Assembly (NCBI GenBank): GCA_028534125.1
Contig: CM052816.1
Coordinates: forward strand, 26,414,001-26,478,000
Direction: 5' to 3'
From: Lama glama
Taxonomy: Eukaryota
DNA: 64,000 bases
This document shows positions 39,522-52,175 of this stretch, one piece after another. The first letter of the stretch is position 1, and each line of letters opens with the position of its first letter. A program made the position numbers and the translations under genes. The notes below the pieces were generated by a model. That model saw only the letters and a list, made by a program, of their open reading frames with translations. It had not been told where the DNA came from and ran no database searches.

Positions 39522-39744
39522 AGTGTCCCTACATCCAGTTTATTTGAGACAGTCCTTGTTTGTAATAGTTGTGTCATCAGGTGTAGCATTCGTCCATGAT
39601 ATCCCACTTTATCATTATGAAGAGCTGCTTTAAAACAAGGCACGATGGATTTGATGACCTCCAGTTTAACTTCTGTCGTGGCCACATCCAAAAGCATGTG
39701 AGAGGCACAGCCAGTGAATAGATTCCTCAACATTCAGCACATAA
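39522..39744 (-). other. Candidate exon, predicted from splice signals only
   Basis: Minus strand: acceptor 'ttttgattgtctttctgatttag|TTATG' and donor 'GACACT|gtaagt'; 223 nt; contains the ATG ORF starting at 39733, which stays open to the donor. Confidence 0.3.
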
Positions 39745-39899
39745 CTAAATCAGAAAGACAATCAAAATTGAAAATTATCTAGAAGAAAGCTAAAGAGAAA
39801 CTGAAAATGGATATAACAAAAGCTCAAGCAATCCAAATTTAAGATCCAAATTTTAAATGGTATCATTAGGTTTTGGAGTATCTTTATTGTAGTAATATA

Positions 39900-40380
39900 A
39901 TTTTTAAACTTCTAATTTGGAAATAATTTCAAACTTACGAAAAATTACTAAAATAAAATTCTTACAAGGAACACCAATATGCCCCTTCCCCGAATTCATT
40001 TATTATCAACATTTTGTTCATTGGCTTTCATTCTCTTACGCCCCTTTCTCTCTCCTTTTCCTCTGTTTTGTTTTGAAGCATTTGGGGGTAAGATATTTCT
40101 ATAAGGGCCCTAAATAATATAGTGTATATCTCCTAAGGTTAGGGATATTCTCTTGCATAGCTATAGTAATTATCAAGTTACTAATCTACTGTCATGTTCT
40201 AACTTTGTCAGTTGATCTAATTTTTTTTTTAGAGCATTTTCCTCACCCAATACAGGATTCAGTCTCTAGAGTGACATAGTGGATTTTGTTGTCGATGGTC
40301 ATGTTTCTTTAGCTTCCTTTTATCTGGAAGATTTTCACAGCTTTTATGTTTTATGACATTGATGTTTTTTAAAAATCTAG
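39900..40380 (-). mobile_element. L1MC4/L1MC5-like 3' end
   Basis: 'tttggaaataatttcaaacttac', 'agggatattctcttgcatag', 'tttctttagcttccttttatctggaa'. Confidence 0.75.
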
Positions 40381-41024
40381 TCCCCCTTCCAAATTTTCCT
40401 TATTTTAATACAATATTAGGAAGACCATTTTAATCCATTTCAATTGAATAAATGTATATTCTGTACTAGAATGGAATAATTAAGAAGGCCTGTGATTTTA
40501 CGTCATCTAAATTTGGAGAAACCTTCAAAAATTGTAGTGATATCCTTATTGTAGTAATATCCTTATTCAAATTACCTTTGAAATATTTTCATATTTCAAC
40601 GCAAAAAAATAGAAATAAGAATATCTAAATTAATACCCCTCATTAAGGAGAATTTCCTTTTCTCTAGTTCAGGACCTATGTATAAAATACTTTCTCAAGT
40701 AATGTTGTGGTCTATAAAGTAGAATCAACTAAGGCTGCCAACAATTTCAAATTTATTAACCATTAAAGTATTTTTAAAAATTACATATACTTATGAAAAA
40801 TTAAAAACTAATGGGAATATATTAAAATATATTCTATATAGAGATTTTACCCTGCATTAGAGCCAAATATAGCTAAGAAACTTAAAGTACACCCATGTAT
40901 ATAAAAGACAATGATTATTATTTTGGGGAAGGAAAAAAATCAAAACCTGTTAAACACATACTGTGGGAGTTTATAAATGCAAGATCCTCAAGTGTACAAA
41001 TCATCTAAGGAGATAACTCTAAAA

Positions 41025-41120
41025 CAGTTGTCTCTCATTATCTACAGGGGGACTGGTTCTACCCCCAGCAAGGGAACACAGTCCTCAGATACTCAAATCC
41101 CTTATATTAAATGGCAGAGT
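41025..41120. mobile_element. MER2-type Tigger terminal fragment
   Basis: 'cagttgtctctcattatctacagggggactggttc...gatactcaaatcccttatattaaatggc'. Confidence 0.6.
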
Positions 41121-41387
41121 ACAGGTATTCCTCTGTATTTACATAATTTGAGATCATCAGTAAAGAAGATGATAGATTCCAGTGGGAGACTCTTCAGAGC
41201 AAAACAAAATTGTAAGTAGAGAATGTAGTGTTGATGCACTTGTCAGGAATGTTAGTTATCTAGTGGTTTGCAGAATGGAGAGTTTTCAGGGAAAACACTT
41301 GAAGGCTAAAGAAACATTTAGCTATGCTGTCAAGAAGCCCTGCCTCGCTCAGTTGGTTATAGGGAACGTTTCAGAAAAGCATTATCT

Positions 41388-42453
41388 CCTAGGTATTTTA
41401 CTCCTTTTGATACAGTGGTAAATGGCAGTGTTTCCTTAATTTCTTTTCCTGATATTTTGTTGTTAGTGTATAGAAATGCAACAGATTTCTGTATATTAAT
41501 TTTGTATCCTGCAACTTTACCAAATTCATGAACTCTAGTAGTTTTCTGGTAGCATCTTTAGGATTTTGTACATATAGTATCATGTTATCTGCAAAAAAGT
41601 GAGTTTTACTTCTTTTCCAATTTGTTTTCCTTTTATTTCTTTTTCTTCTCTGACTGTTGTGGCTAGGACTTCAAAACTATGTTGAATTAAAGTGGCAAGA
41701 GTGGGCATCCATGTCTTGTTCCTGCTCTCACAGGAAATACTTTCAGCTTTTCACCATTGAGTATAATGTTAGCTGTGGGTTTGTCATATATGGCCTCTAC
41801 TCTTTTGAAGTTTGTTCTCTCTGTGCCCACTTTCTAAAGAGTTTTTATTATAAATGGATGTTGAGTTTTATCAAAAGCCTTGTCTGCATCTTGTGAAATG
41901 ATCATAATGGTTTTTATTCTTCAGTTTGTTAATGTGGTGTATCCCATTGATTGATTCACAGATATTGGAAAATTCTTACATCCTTGGGATGACTCCACTT
42001 GACCATGGTGTATGATCTTTTTAATGTATTGTTGTAGTCAATTTGCTACTATTTTGTTGAGGATTTTTGCATCTGTGTTCATAAGTGATTTTGGCCTATA
42101 ATTTTCTTTTTTTGTGTGGTATCTTTGTCTGGTTTTGGTATCAGGGTGGTGGACTCATAGAATGAGTTCAAAAGTGTTCCTTCCTCTCCATTTTTTTTTC
42201 CTTTTTTGAATAGTTTCAGAAGGATAAGTGTTAACTCTCCTCTGAATGTATGGTACAATTCACCTGTGAAGCCATCTGGTCTTGGACTTCTGTTTGTTGG
42301 GAATTTTTTAATTATTGATTCAATTTCAGTACTGGTAATTGTTCTGTTCATATTTTCTATTTCTTCTTGGTTCAGTCTTAGAAGATTGTACCTTTCTAAG
42401 AATTTGTCCATTTCTTCTAGGTTGTCCATTTTATTGGCATATAGTTGCCTGTA
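41388..42453 (-). mobile_element. Internal LINE-1 ORF2 fragment (RT region) with no 3' end or poly(A)
   Basis: ORFs 42079-42429 ([27 protein letters not shown]) and 41398-41583 ([17 protein letters not shown]) are ORF2p; the frames are broken. Confidence 0.95.
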
Positions 42454-42689
42454 TGAATAGATGTGTATTCTGTACTAGAATGGAATAATTAAGGGATGTC
42501 ACCCACAGTTGTTATCTCAGGAAGACAATCAACTTCCCCTGATTCCAATGGCTATAGATGAATACTGTGAACAATTCCAACTGCCTGTATATTCACACTT
42601 CCATTCCCAATATATGTAGATAAAATAGAGACTTGAATATATTTTAAGCCAGCTCTTGAAGAGAAAATTAGCAGCTGCTTCCTCCTCTC

Positions 42690-42910
42690 TCATTCGGCAA
42701 ATATTTTTTGGGTTCCCACTCTGTGCCAAGCCCCTCTAGGTTTGGGCATTAAACAGTGAGCAAAACAAACACCTCCAACTTCTGTTTGAGATACATATTA
42801 ATTAAAGAAAACATGTAGTATGTCACATGGTGATAAAACAGAGCAGGGAAACACAAGTTGAGAGAGGTTGGGTCTCCCAAGTGAGGAGGCAGCAGGAGCA
42901 GAGGCCCTGA
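42690..42910 (-). mobile_element. L2 3' fragment
   Basis: 'cattcggcaaatattttttgggttcccactctgtgccaagc...aacagtgagcaaaaca'. Confidence 0.65.
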
Positions 42911-45900
42911 ATTGCCTGTGAGGAGTTCCTGAAGGCTGCCTTGCCCCCTTTATCCACCCTTAGTACATAACGATGTAATGACTCAGGTTTCCCAACACCT
43001 GGCTTTTTTTTTTTTCCGCAAAGAAAAATCTTGCAGTTTCTGTTTTTGCTAAACAGACGTACATGTAAACTCAGCAGAAAATTGCTTTTAATGAAGCATT
43101 GCTGTCATTTAGACTGATCCTGATGTAAGATTCACCGTACCTTTTGCAAAACAGCATCTGAAATGCTTGTGCTTTCACAAGTATTGTCATCTGAATGTTC
43201 ATGTATTTAACATGATTAATCCCTTGTAGATTGTCTGGTTTTCAGGGACTTTTTTTGTTAACAGTGAATATCAGAAACATTAATGTAAAATCAGTTTCCA
43301 TAGAATGAGTGAGGTTAAGCATGCTTAGGACTCAAGCCCTGAAAATTTTTTTTTTATTTTATAATAATTCTGGGTTAAGATTGATAGTCTCTAGGTAAAA
43401 CCTGTACCTTTGAAGTTGTAACTAATTACTGATCTTCCCAAGCTGAACAAGGCTAATACAAAAGAATTCCTAATTATTGTGATTGGCTGACCTTTCCAAT
43501 AGGAAGTGACTGGAAAATAAGCCGCTAGCTGTCAAATCAAACCAACTCACAATTGCAGCTTTGTTTAGTTGACATTTAACATCACAAAGCTCTGTACTGA
43601 GTTCATTTTAATCATGGGCACCTGGAAGATCTGGAGTGCTTCCTGGAATTTCAGATACTTTCTTCAGTTCCCTTTTCTTCTGTAAAATTAGCCTATGAAT
43701 AAGTAATACTATGCAGAACTGAGTCAACATTTAAAAACTGTCCAATTTCTAGAACCCTCTGTTTAGCAAATGGATTGGAGCCAGATGAAATCTGAAAATC
43801 CCAATAACTTTTTGTCCTAATTTTATAGTTGGAGAAACCAGCCCAGTTAAGACGTTCCTTTTGCCCAGTATGGGGAGAAGCACAAGAGCAGTACTATATT
43901 GAAATTTTCAAAGAGCCAAACATCTCACCTCTCAACATCCTCCCACCTCTCCCCCCAGCCACCATCCACACCTGTTAAGGGGCTTCACATACTAGAGTTT
44001 CCACTCCATTGCTGTCAACTCCTGATTGCTCTAATATTCCTTGAACTTCTTTTTTTTAAGCCTGTAGTTAAAACCTACAGCACTAATTTGAAATACTCTA
44101 ATTATTGTACCATCGGCTACTAGCTTCCCAAGTTTATTCTAAGTTCTTTGATGACAATCTCCGTACTGTCCAGTTTTCAGATTGGTTACTTGATGGCATA
44201 ATGAAATGGTATTTCTTCAGAATGAAAGAGATGCATTCGTAATGAGCAAACATGTTCTAAAAGTGGTTATTAGCATCTCTGTTAGTCATTGCATGCCCTG
44301 TGAGGAAACAGTAGAAAAACTCAGAAGACGAAGTCCTTTCCATTTAGTAACTAAAAGTAACAGGGGAACACCCATAGAAACGGCAGTGTTTTATTTTTGT
44401 TTTAATAACAGGAAGTAGATAAAGAGGATGAAATGGCCAGACTGGGAAAAATTGTACTTGAAGCAGAAATATAATAGTCAATATGTAATATGAGATGGTA
44501 ATTTGAGTGACAGGTTTCTTGTAACAATGCAAACACAAGGAAAAGGACAAATGATACTCTTTTATATGTATGTCATTGCTAATAGATAATTACTCTTCAT
44601 TGTGTATGTTTTTGATAAAGTTTTAGGGTAGGCATTTTTTTTAAGCAGAGCTACTAAAATCACTGATAACAATGTACTACTCCATGAAAAGTAAGAGATT
44701 CTTATTACCCCCAAATTTGCTTTCGCACACATGACCTTGCATGCAGATCAGAAGAGTTCCAAAGTGGTAGCTACTTATAGGAGAATTACTACAGCTGTCC
44801 ATGCCATTCTCACTGAGTATACTCAAGCTGCCTGTCATTGGTAAATATATTTCAAGAACAGCTTATACATTTCCTCAAGACATTTCATTTATTAGCAGTG
44901 ACACTGGTGTCAAGATAAGGTAAAAATTTATGTCTGAGAATCGAGAGTCTTATTCACATTTTTGATTCACTCAACATATATTTATTAAATATCCAGTATA
45001 TATTGTATTCCCATATAATTAAATGCAAGTTACTCACATTAGTAAGGTTCTTATTTGCACCCCACAGGAGAAAAGGAAATTATTGCAACTTTAATATGTA
45101 GATCACAGACTTGCTAGGAGTACTGCACAACCTGGCTCAGAAGCGAGGGAAACCATACAGCCAGAGCTACAGCCCAAAGATGCCATTGACTCAGTGCAGT
45201 GAGAACATCAAGACCGCTACCACTGGGCACAGTTCTCTAGAGCTTGTTCCATTCGTGCCAGTGACGAGATGCTGCACGCCACAGCTTGCTCCACTGGTAC
45301 CACTATCCTGGGAAATGGGGGTTGACGACTTTGCCAGCACCACCAAAACAGTTCTTTCCTGTCCAGGATTATGTGTGTCATTTGCTCCAGAAGTAAAATT
45401 AAGGGAGACGTATCTGATTAGCTGAGCCCTATCAAAATGAGTATCTGGCATTTGGAAGCTTCTATTTTTGGAAATAAGCAGTGTGCTAAAACTATCAGTC
45501 ATTGCAGTGATCTATTTTTCTGTCATTTCTATCAAATGCTAATCCTAATGCTGTTAATAGCAATTCAAAGCATAACTGTATTTGATCGGCAAAACATTTA
45601 GACATACTGTCCCTAGTAAGACCATAGCAAGCGTTTAGATAATCATTGGTTAAACATAGTCCTCCCTACTTTCTTCTCTTCATTGAGGTAATACCACCTT
45701 AGTGGATGGAATGACTCTGTAAATATAGATTAACTACATAGTTCAGTAATTAAATACCACAGTCAGTAACCTCTGAGACTATATTTTAGTCTGATGCGCA
45801 TAAGGAAAGCCTGAGGAACAAATATCACAAGACTGACTCATCATTAAGATGGATCTATTAAATCATGCTATTTGAAAATATCCCCTTTCCATTTCCGACT

Positions 45901-48033
45901 GAAGGAACTGTTCTATAAACTAGTTTTTTGAAAAACAGGATGACAGTCAGTATTTGGAAAATGTGGTTTATAAAAAAAAATTGCCTCTGGACTTGAACAG
46001 ACTTTGGATTTTTATTTCTTTCCCAGCGGTTCTTGCTAGTTCTTTAGCCACCTCACCAGTGAAAATCAAGTCACCTGTCTTGGAGCTGATGCTATTCCCA
46101 GCACTTTCTTCTCTGCTCAGATTGTTCTCTCATTTCCTGGCAGCCAGACATCACTTCCCTCTGTCTACTATTATCAAAATTACTTAATATCAACTCTATT
46201 AATGGAAATTCTCACTCATGGGAAAGATCTTTTCTCATACTCCAAACTATTTTTTATTAATTTAATATAAATGTTAATATCACTTCACAAACTTTTCCTG
46301 TTTAATGTCAATTAAGAAGTCACTGGTTTGCTTCTCAACACAGCACTTAATGTCAGTTATTTCAATCAGCCTTTCATTTGAAAACAGGATTTTTTAATTG
46401 AAACCAATTTTAATATGTCTTTAAATTTTCTCAGTAATGAGTTGAGCAGATTATAAAAGACAGTTCTTTCAACTTTTTATTTTAAGGAACTGGAAATGGC
46501 TGCTGGAATTTTCTAACTGATCAAAACTGTACATCAGAAAATTAACACAAAATTATTAACACTTACTCAGGTGGCCCTTTAATGGATAAATCATATTACC
46601 ACATTTCTACCAAATATCATTTTGGCTATTGCCTTAGTCCTTCTGTTGTTAGAGTTATTTCCAAGTCTTTATGCTTGACAAGATTGTAGCCATCATACAC
46701 AGCTTGGTTACACAACTTGGTTTTATGAGAAAGATCAAGAAGGATGTTCTGCCTTTAATCCTTTAAGCTATCAAGGAACATGTCAATTTGCATTAAGTCT
46801 AGGAACAAATTACACTTGTCTCACCAGGTGATGAGATAGTGGGGAGAGGTACCATCCCTAAATCATGGCAAATATATGAAAATCAGAATTTAAATAATGT
46901 GGAATATTATCATACCAAGAATAAAATATTTACTCTGAGCTACTTTGACCACTGATTAACATAAAAATTAATATTAGTAATTATTTTAAGGTTAATAGCA
47001 TAATAAAATTAGGTCTTTGATTCTTTAAAGTGATATTTCACATAGAATATAAAGATCACTCCTTTGTCATGCACTGAATTCTTAATCCAATTCTTTAAAT
47101 CCAATGATATACACCAAATTTTATGTTCTATAATATTTGCCTTTTTTATTTGGTTATTATGTATAGCTTAAAAATTAAATCTTGTTAAAATCACTTTTCA
47201 TTGGGCATTACATTCAATCTTGGCTCATAAAGAGCTGTTAGGTGGTCAGGTAGCCTCAGAAATTACACATGATGTTTACTTCTCTTGCATTCAAGTTTTA
47301 GCCTACAGTATTCCTACTCTTCATCAGTATTTTGTTTGTTTTTTTGTTTGAAAAGACCAGTTTCTCAAGACTATAAGCAAATTTAAAAATGACAGAAGCC
47401 TATATAATTTTAGTGAAAGAGTCTTAACAAATGTCAAACTATTGACAACTGTAGATATCAAGGCATTCATTATGGAAATCTTACCCATTTAAAGTCCTTC
47501 AAATAACCACAATATATCCTTCCTGGTTTTAAAAAAAGGGCATTGTCAAAAGTTAAACACCAAAGAACATTTTCAATTTAACAGTTAATGGTCCTTTGAA
47601 GAACTGAGTTCTTAGACAACAGAAACATCAGTGATTGCTGCGGTCTGTCTCCCATGACTACTTTGACTTCTCAATTATCTGAGAGGGGAAAGTGAAAATA
47701 CAGGAGAAAAAAAAAGAAGAGCTAAAATGATATTTTGGCCTATCAAAGTTTTTTTCTTTTTCAATCTTTATGCCCCTTTATGGCACTGATATAACTTACA
47801 CCTGATTATCAAGCTAGAAGGAAGAGTGTGAAGATGTGGATCCTAGATTCAATTGTTTAACTTTTGTGGGACTCAATTTCAGTTTATGCAGAATGGAAAA
47901 AATATATGCTAATGTAAAATTTTAAAGCTGAGAAGTTCAAATGAAGCAATATGAGATTGTGATTTTAATACTAAGAACTGCACATATATGGAATATCAGA
48001 TGGTGCCAAAGTCTTAGACAAGATATGAAATTA

Positions 48034-48320
48034 CAGCCAGCCCTTCGTATCTGTGGATTCTACATTCGTGGATTCAACCAACTGTGGATTCAAAATACTT
48101 GGGAAAAAAATTCCAGAAAGTTCCAAAAGGCAAAATTTGAATTTACCTTCCTTGGGCAACTATTTACATGACATTTAAATTGTATTAGGTGTTATAAGTA
48201 ATCTAGAGACGATTTAAAGTACGGATGGGTTATTTGGAATGCTGTGCTGTTGTGCATAAGGGACTTGAGTATCCTCAGGGATCCTGGAACCAATCTCCCA
48301 TGAATACCAAGGGATGACTG
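48034..48320. mobile_element. MER2/MER2B Tigger MITE
   Basis: TA|cagccagcccttcgtatc ... ataccaagggatgactg|TA; internal 'ttccagaaagttccaaaaggcaaaatttgaattt'. Confidence 0.88.
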
Positions 48321-48997
48321 TATAAACCTGTACAAATTTACAACATAAATGTCCAAGGACCCCTACAATATTTTATATGTGAAAAAACGCACATTGTATT
48401 GACATAGCATCAATTATTGCACCCATTCAGCACAACATACTTATTATAAAAATATTATACTCCTTCAAGTTTAAAGTGCCCACTCAAAGTCATCACACTT
48501 TTTATTGGTAATTCATTATGCAATTTAGGAATAGAATTAGATTAGGAAGCAGATAACTAAATCATGTTTCAGTTTGCTTCTAATTTTCTGGTTTGGCCTT
48601 GTACACTTTACTTCATCTTCTGGCACACTGCCACCCCATCTGTAAAATAAGCAATTGAATCACATAATTTCTAAGATCCTTTTCAGCGCCATAATTTGAA
48701 AATTCTATATGACTTTCATTGAATTTCATAGATAGTTGTGTATTTAGTTCATGATTGTGGTTTTCTTTGATGTTTTGTCACCTATTATCTAACCTAGGAA
48801 TTGGGTTGAAAAGGGTAAAGCAGGTGACAGCCTATGTATCAGTGATTTTCCTTCAAACTGTTTCTGCAGGTTTTTTCTCAGTGAAAGCGTAAACAGTTCC
48901 AGTGCTCAGATAATGAGAATGTTTTAGTTGTAAGTGTACTCAGAGTACTCAAAGATAGCTTTTCACTGATGACTGTGTCGTGTCCAAAGACTAATTT

Positions 48998-49249
48998 TTT
49001 AAATTTATTTTTAATTCTTATCTTTAATTGAAGTGTAGTCAGTTTACAATGTTAGTTTCAGGTGTATTAGCAAAACAGTTCAGTTATACATATAGATACA
49101 TATGTATATTTTTTTCATATTCTTTTCCATTATAAGAAATTGAGTATCATTCCCTGTACTATACAGTAGGTCCTTGTTGTTTATTTTATATATAGTAATG
49201 TGTATCCGTTAATTCCAAACTCTTAATCTGTCCCTCCCCCACCCTTAGC
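48998..49249 (-). mobile_element. Short 5'-truncated LINE-1 3' end with probable TSD
   Basis: 'attgaagtgtagtcagtttacaatgt...ttccctgtactatacagtaggtccttgttg'; flanks ccaaagactaattt (48984-48997) and ccagagattaattt (49250-49263). Confidence 0.85.
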
Positions 49250-50519
49250 CCAGAGATTAATTTGACTATTAATTCTGTCTCCCTATGTAACATGAAACAG
49301 TTGAGGCAAACACAGTTAGATCCCCTTGTCTGTGACTAGGACTTAGGGGCCTGTAAGCCAAAGAGAGGTCAGTCTCTAATGTGATACAGCAGCTTTGGAT
49401 GACAAAATTGCAAGTCATGGCCATTCCCTAGTAGAAGAAACTGGGGTCAACAGGAAGCTTCAGGGGGTTCGGTGCGGAGAAGCACAATAAAAAGTTTGAG
49501 TTCTAGTCAGACTGAGGCAGTCGTGGTTGACATGCTTAGTCATTGCTTAGTTCCCAGGGGAACCATTAGTCCTGTATCTGCTCCAATGCTTCTTTCCTGA
49601 AGTGAAGAATTCCACAACCTAGACGGTGTTACTCCTTAAAGACAGGGATGGAACTTTAGAGATTCCATCCCAAATGTTGTCATTTCTTTATTGTCCTTTC
49701 TATTGCACACCAGTAGCAAGGCCTTTGTTCTTACTTGTTTCTGAGATTAAAAAATCATTATGGTGGTCAGTGTACTCTGGTAACTAAGGAGAACCAGTAA
49801 AGCCTTCATGTAAATTACCAGAAGCCATTTCCCAGTAATTATAAAATAGACTAGGATGCTTCCATTTATATTTTCAATATAGTTTAGCATCATTAGTTGG
49901 CATTCTCATAATTTCATGAGGTCATTTAGAGCAGATAACAAGAAAGTTATGAACTCTTGTCATCTCTTTCTCAATAATAACTTGCAGAGAACATAGAGGA
50001 AGAATTATTTTGGTTAGATGACCCAAGTTAATAAAGCAGTTAAAATTAGATAGAAAAACTTCTTAAAATTATGTTGGGATACTATCTGGATTAACTAATC
50101 TTCCTACTGATAATTTTTTAATAACATTTATAATCATCTAGAAGGATATATGTTATTAAAGTGTCAAATTCTCTTGGTTCATGCATTCTAAGCTAGGTCA
50201 CATAAAGAGGTCTAATTTCTGCTGGATCCAGACAATATGCAGAGAATAACTCTTAGTAAATAATGCATAACTTAAAGAATATTTAGGTGCAGGAATCTAG
50301 TCAAGAAAAATAAGCAGTATGGAAGATCCAGGAAGAGGAAAAACTAGTACAAAAGCTTACAGAAGTACAAAGAGATAGGAGAAGCATTTAAGGTACTACT
50401 GAAACAAGAGGAAGTGAGAATGATTTGGAAATCCTAGGCCTGCTACCCACTACATTTATCACTCCTTCTCTAACATCATGGCTTACCACAGTTGTTAGAA
50501 AATAAATTAAACATATACA

Positions 50520-50725
50520 GGCTTTAGACAGATCTTGGGTCTTGATCTTGACTCTGGCATTTGGTAGTAGTGTGATTATTGGATTAAGCCCCTAAAGATT
50601 GTTGAATCTCAGTTTTCTCATCTCTAACACGGACGTTATACTATCTTCTCCTAGACACTGCTGTGAACGTGTCTAAGCAGAAATCTTGACACAACAGTAG
50701 GCACACAGCTACTCAGTAAGTAATG
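50520..50725 (+). mobile_element. MIR SINE
   Basis: 'agacagatcttgggtcttgatcttgactctggca', 'tgaatctcagttttctcatctctaa', 'gctactcagtaagt'. Confidence 0.75.
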
Positions 50726-50829
50726 GTTTCCCTTTGCCTCTTTGATTCCAGTTCTCTTTCCACATCACCTGTTAAAGCAATGGTTAAGGGTTATCTGTTA
50801 AACAGTAAGATTTCCATTTAGGTTTTAGT

Positions 50830-51390
50830 TTATTACATAATAACATATGAATACATTACCATTGTAATAATAACTAAAAATTCAAAAGTTCATGGAGTAA
50901 AATGTCTTCCTACTCCATCTCTCAGCGTCCAGAACAGTCATCACCCCAGGAGTAATCTTATTTAGCATTTTTAAATGTAGTCTTCTACATTTTCCTGGGT
51001 ATAGATATAAAGATATATCTTTTATATAGGTATAAAATACATAAATTAGGCGTTTCACACACATGGAATTTTACTATATAATTTAACCTGCAACTTGCTT
51101 TTTCACTTTAACAGAAGTTTGAAGATCTTTAAAAGGTAGTGAATATAGACCTATAGCCCAGTAGTCTGGATTCTGAATGTTCCCACAATTCATTTAATAG
51201 TTACCCTGTTAATAAATACTTATTCCCAGTGTTTCATAGTTACAAATGAACAACACTGCACTAAGTACTTGTGTACCCCTCTGTGCTCATGGTTGAGCAT
51301 AGCCTTAGAATAGATATTTAGGAATAGAAATACTGCAAGACTGAAATATCCACTGTAAATTCTTATAGGTAGTACCTTCAGACTATCAGA
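50830..51390 (-). mobile_element. L1ME-like 3' fragment
   Basis: 'ctgcaacttgctttttcactt', 'cacaattcatttaatagttaccctgttaat'. Confidence 0.6.
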
Positions 51391-51599
51391 CATGTTTAAT
51401 CTCCACGCTGCCATGTCATTTCTCTTCACGTTGCATTGGTCTTTGCCAGTCACCTAGCCAACCATGATAAGGGATTGGGAAAACACTCTTTTTACAGGAA
51501 AATTAGTGGACGCTTGGCAATAACAGTAGAATTTGTCACAGATAGCAAGCCTCAGAATGGTACTCTTGAACTTCAAAAACACAAGAAAAAGTCTTGATA

Positions 51600-52175
51600 T
51601 CTGCATTTAAAAAGAGAAGACAGTAGGGTAGCGGGAAGAAATTAAGTAAGCTCCCTGACAGCACTCAGTGCTGACTAGGATTACAGCCAGTCAGGGGTAT
51701 TGTCCAGATTTTTGGCAAGCAGGCATCATTTTGTCCCTTTGTCCACCCCCATCCCCTCACCCCCTCACTGTATTGCAAGGTGACAGGCGAATACCATTTT
51801 CTCCAATGCCAGTTGGCAGAGTTCCAGGTGGGATTCTGCCAGTGAGAGTAACTTGAACAAGATTTAGAAGACAGACAAGATGAAGAAGCCATCATGGCTT
51901 GGTGCTGGTAGCAAGCAAACGTGGGTTTTGGCACATGGCAGTTTCTAGGCATCCCCCTGCAGAGCACTCATTTGGGTGCTACTGGCCACTGAAGTCATTG
52001 TGATGGCTTCCTGAGGTTTTTGTCCTTCCTGATTTCTTGAATATCAGTTTTCCTGATTTGCACTGCTCCAGCCCTTTCAACTGTCTAGGAAACCCCTAAC
52101 TCCCCCCATCGAATAGCACTCTATTTGAAGCACCTGGACTTACTCTCCGTTCCTGATAGACCTTGACTGAATACA
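51600..52175 (+). mobile_element. Probable ancient ERVL-class LTR (subfamily uncertain)
   Basis: GC-richer block ending 'ttcctgatagaccttgactgaataca', resembling the ...ctgactgataca end of old ERVL LTRs; left boundary unclear. Confidence 0.4.
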
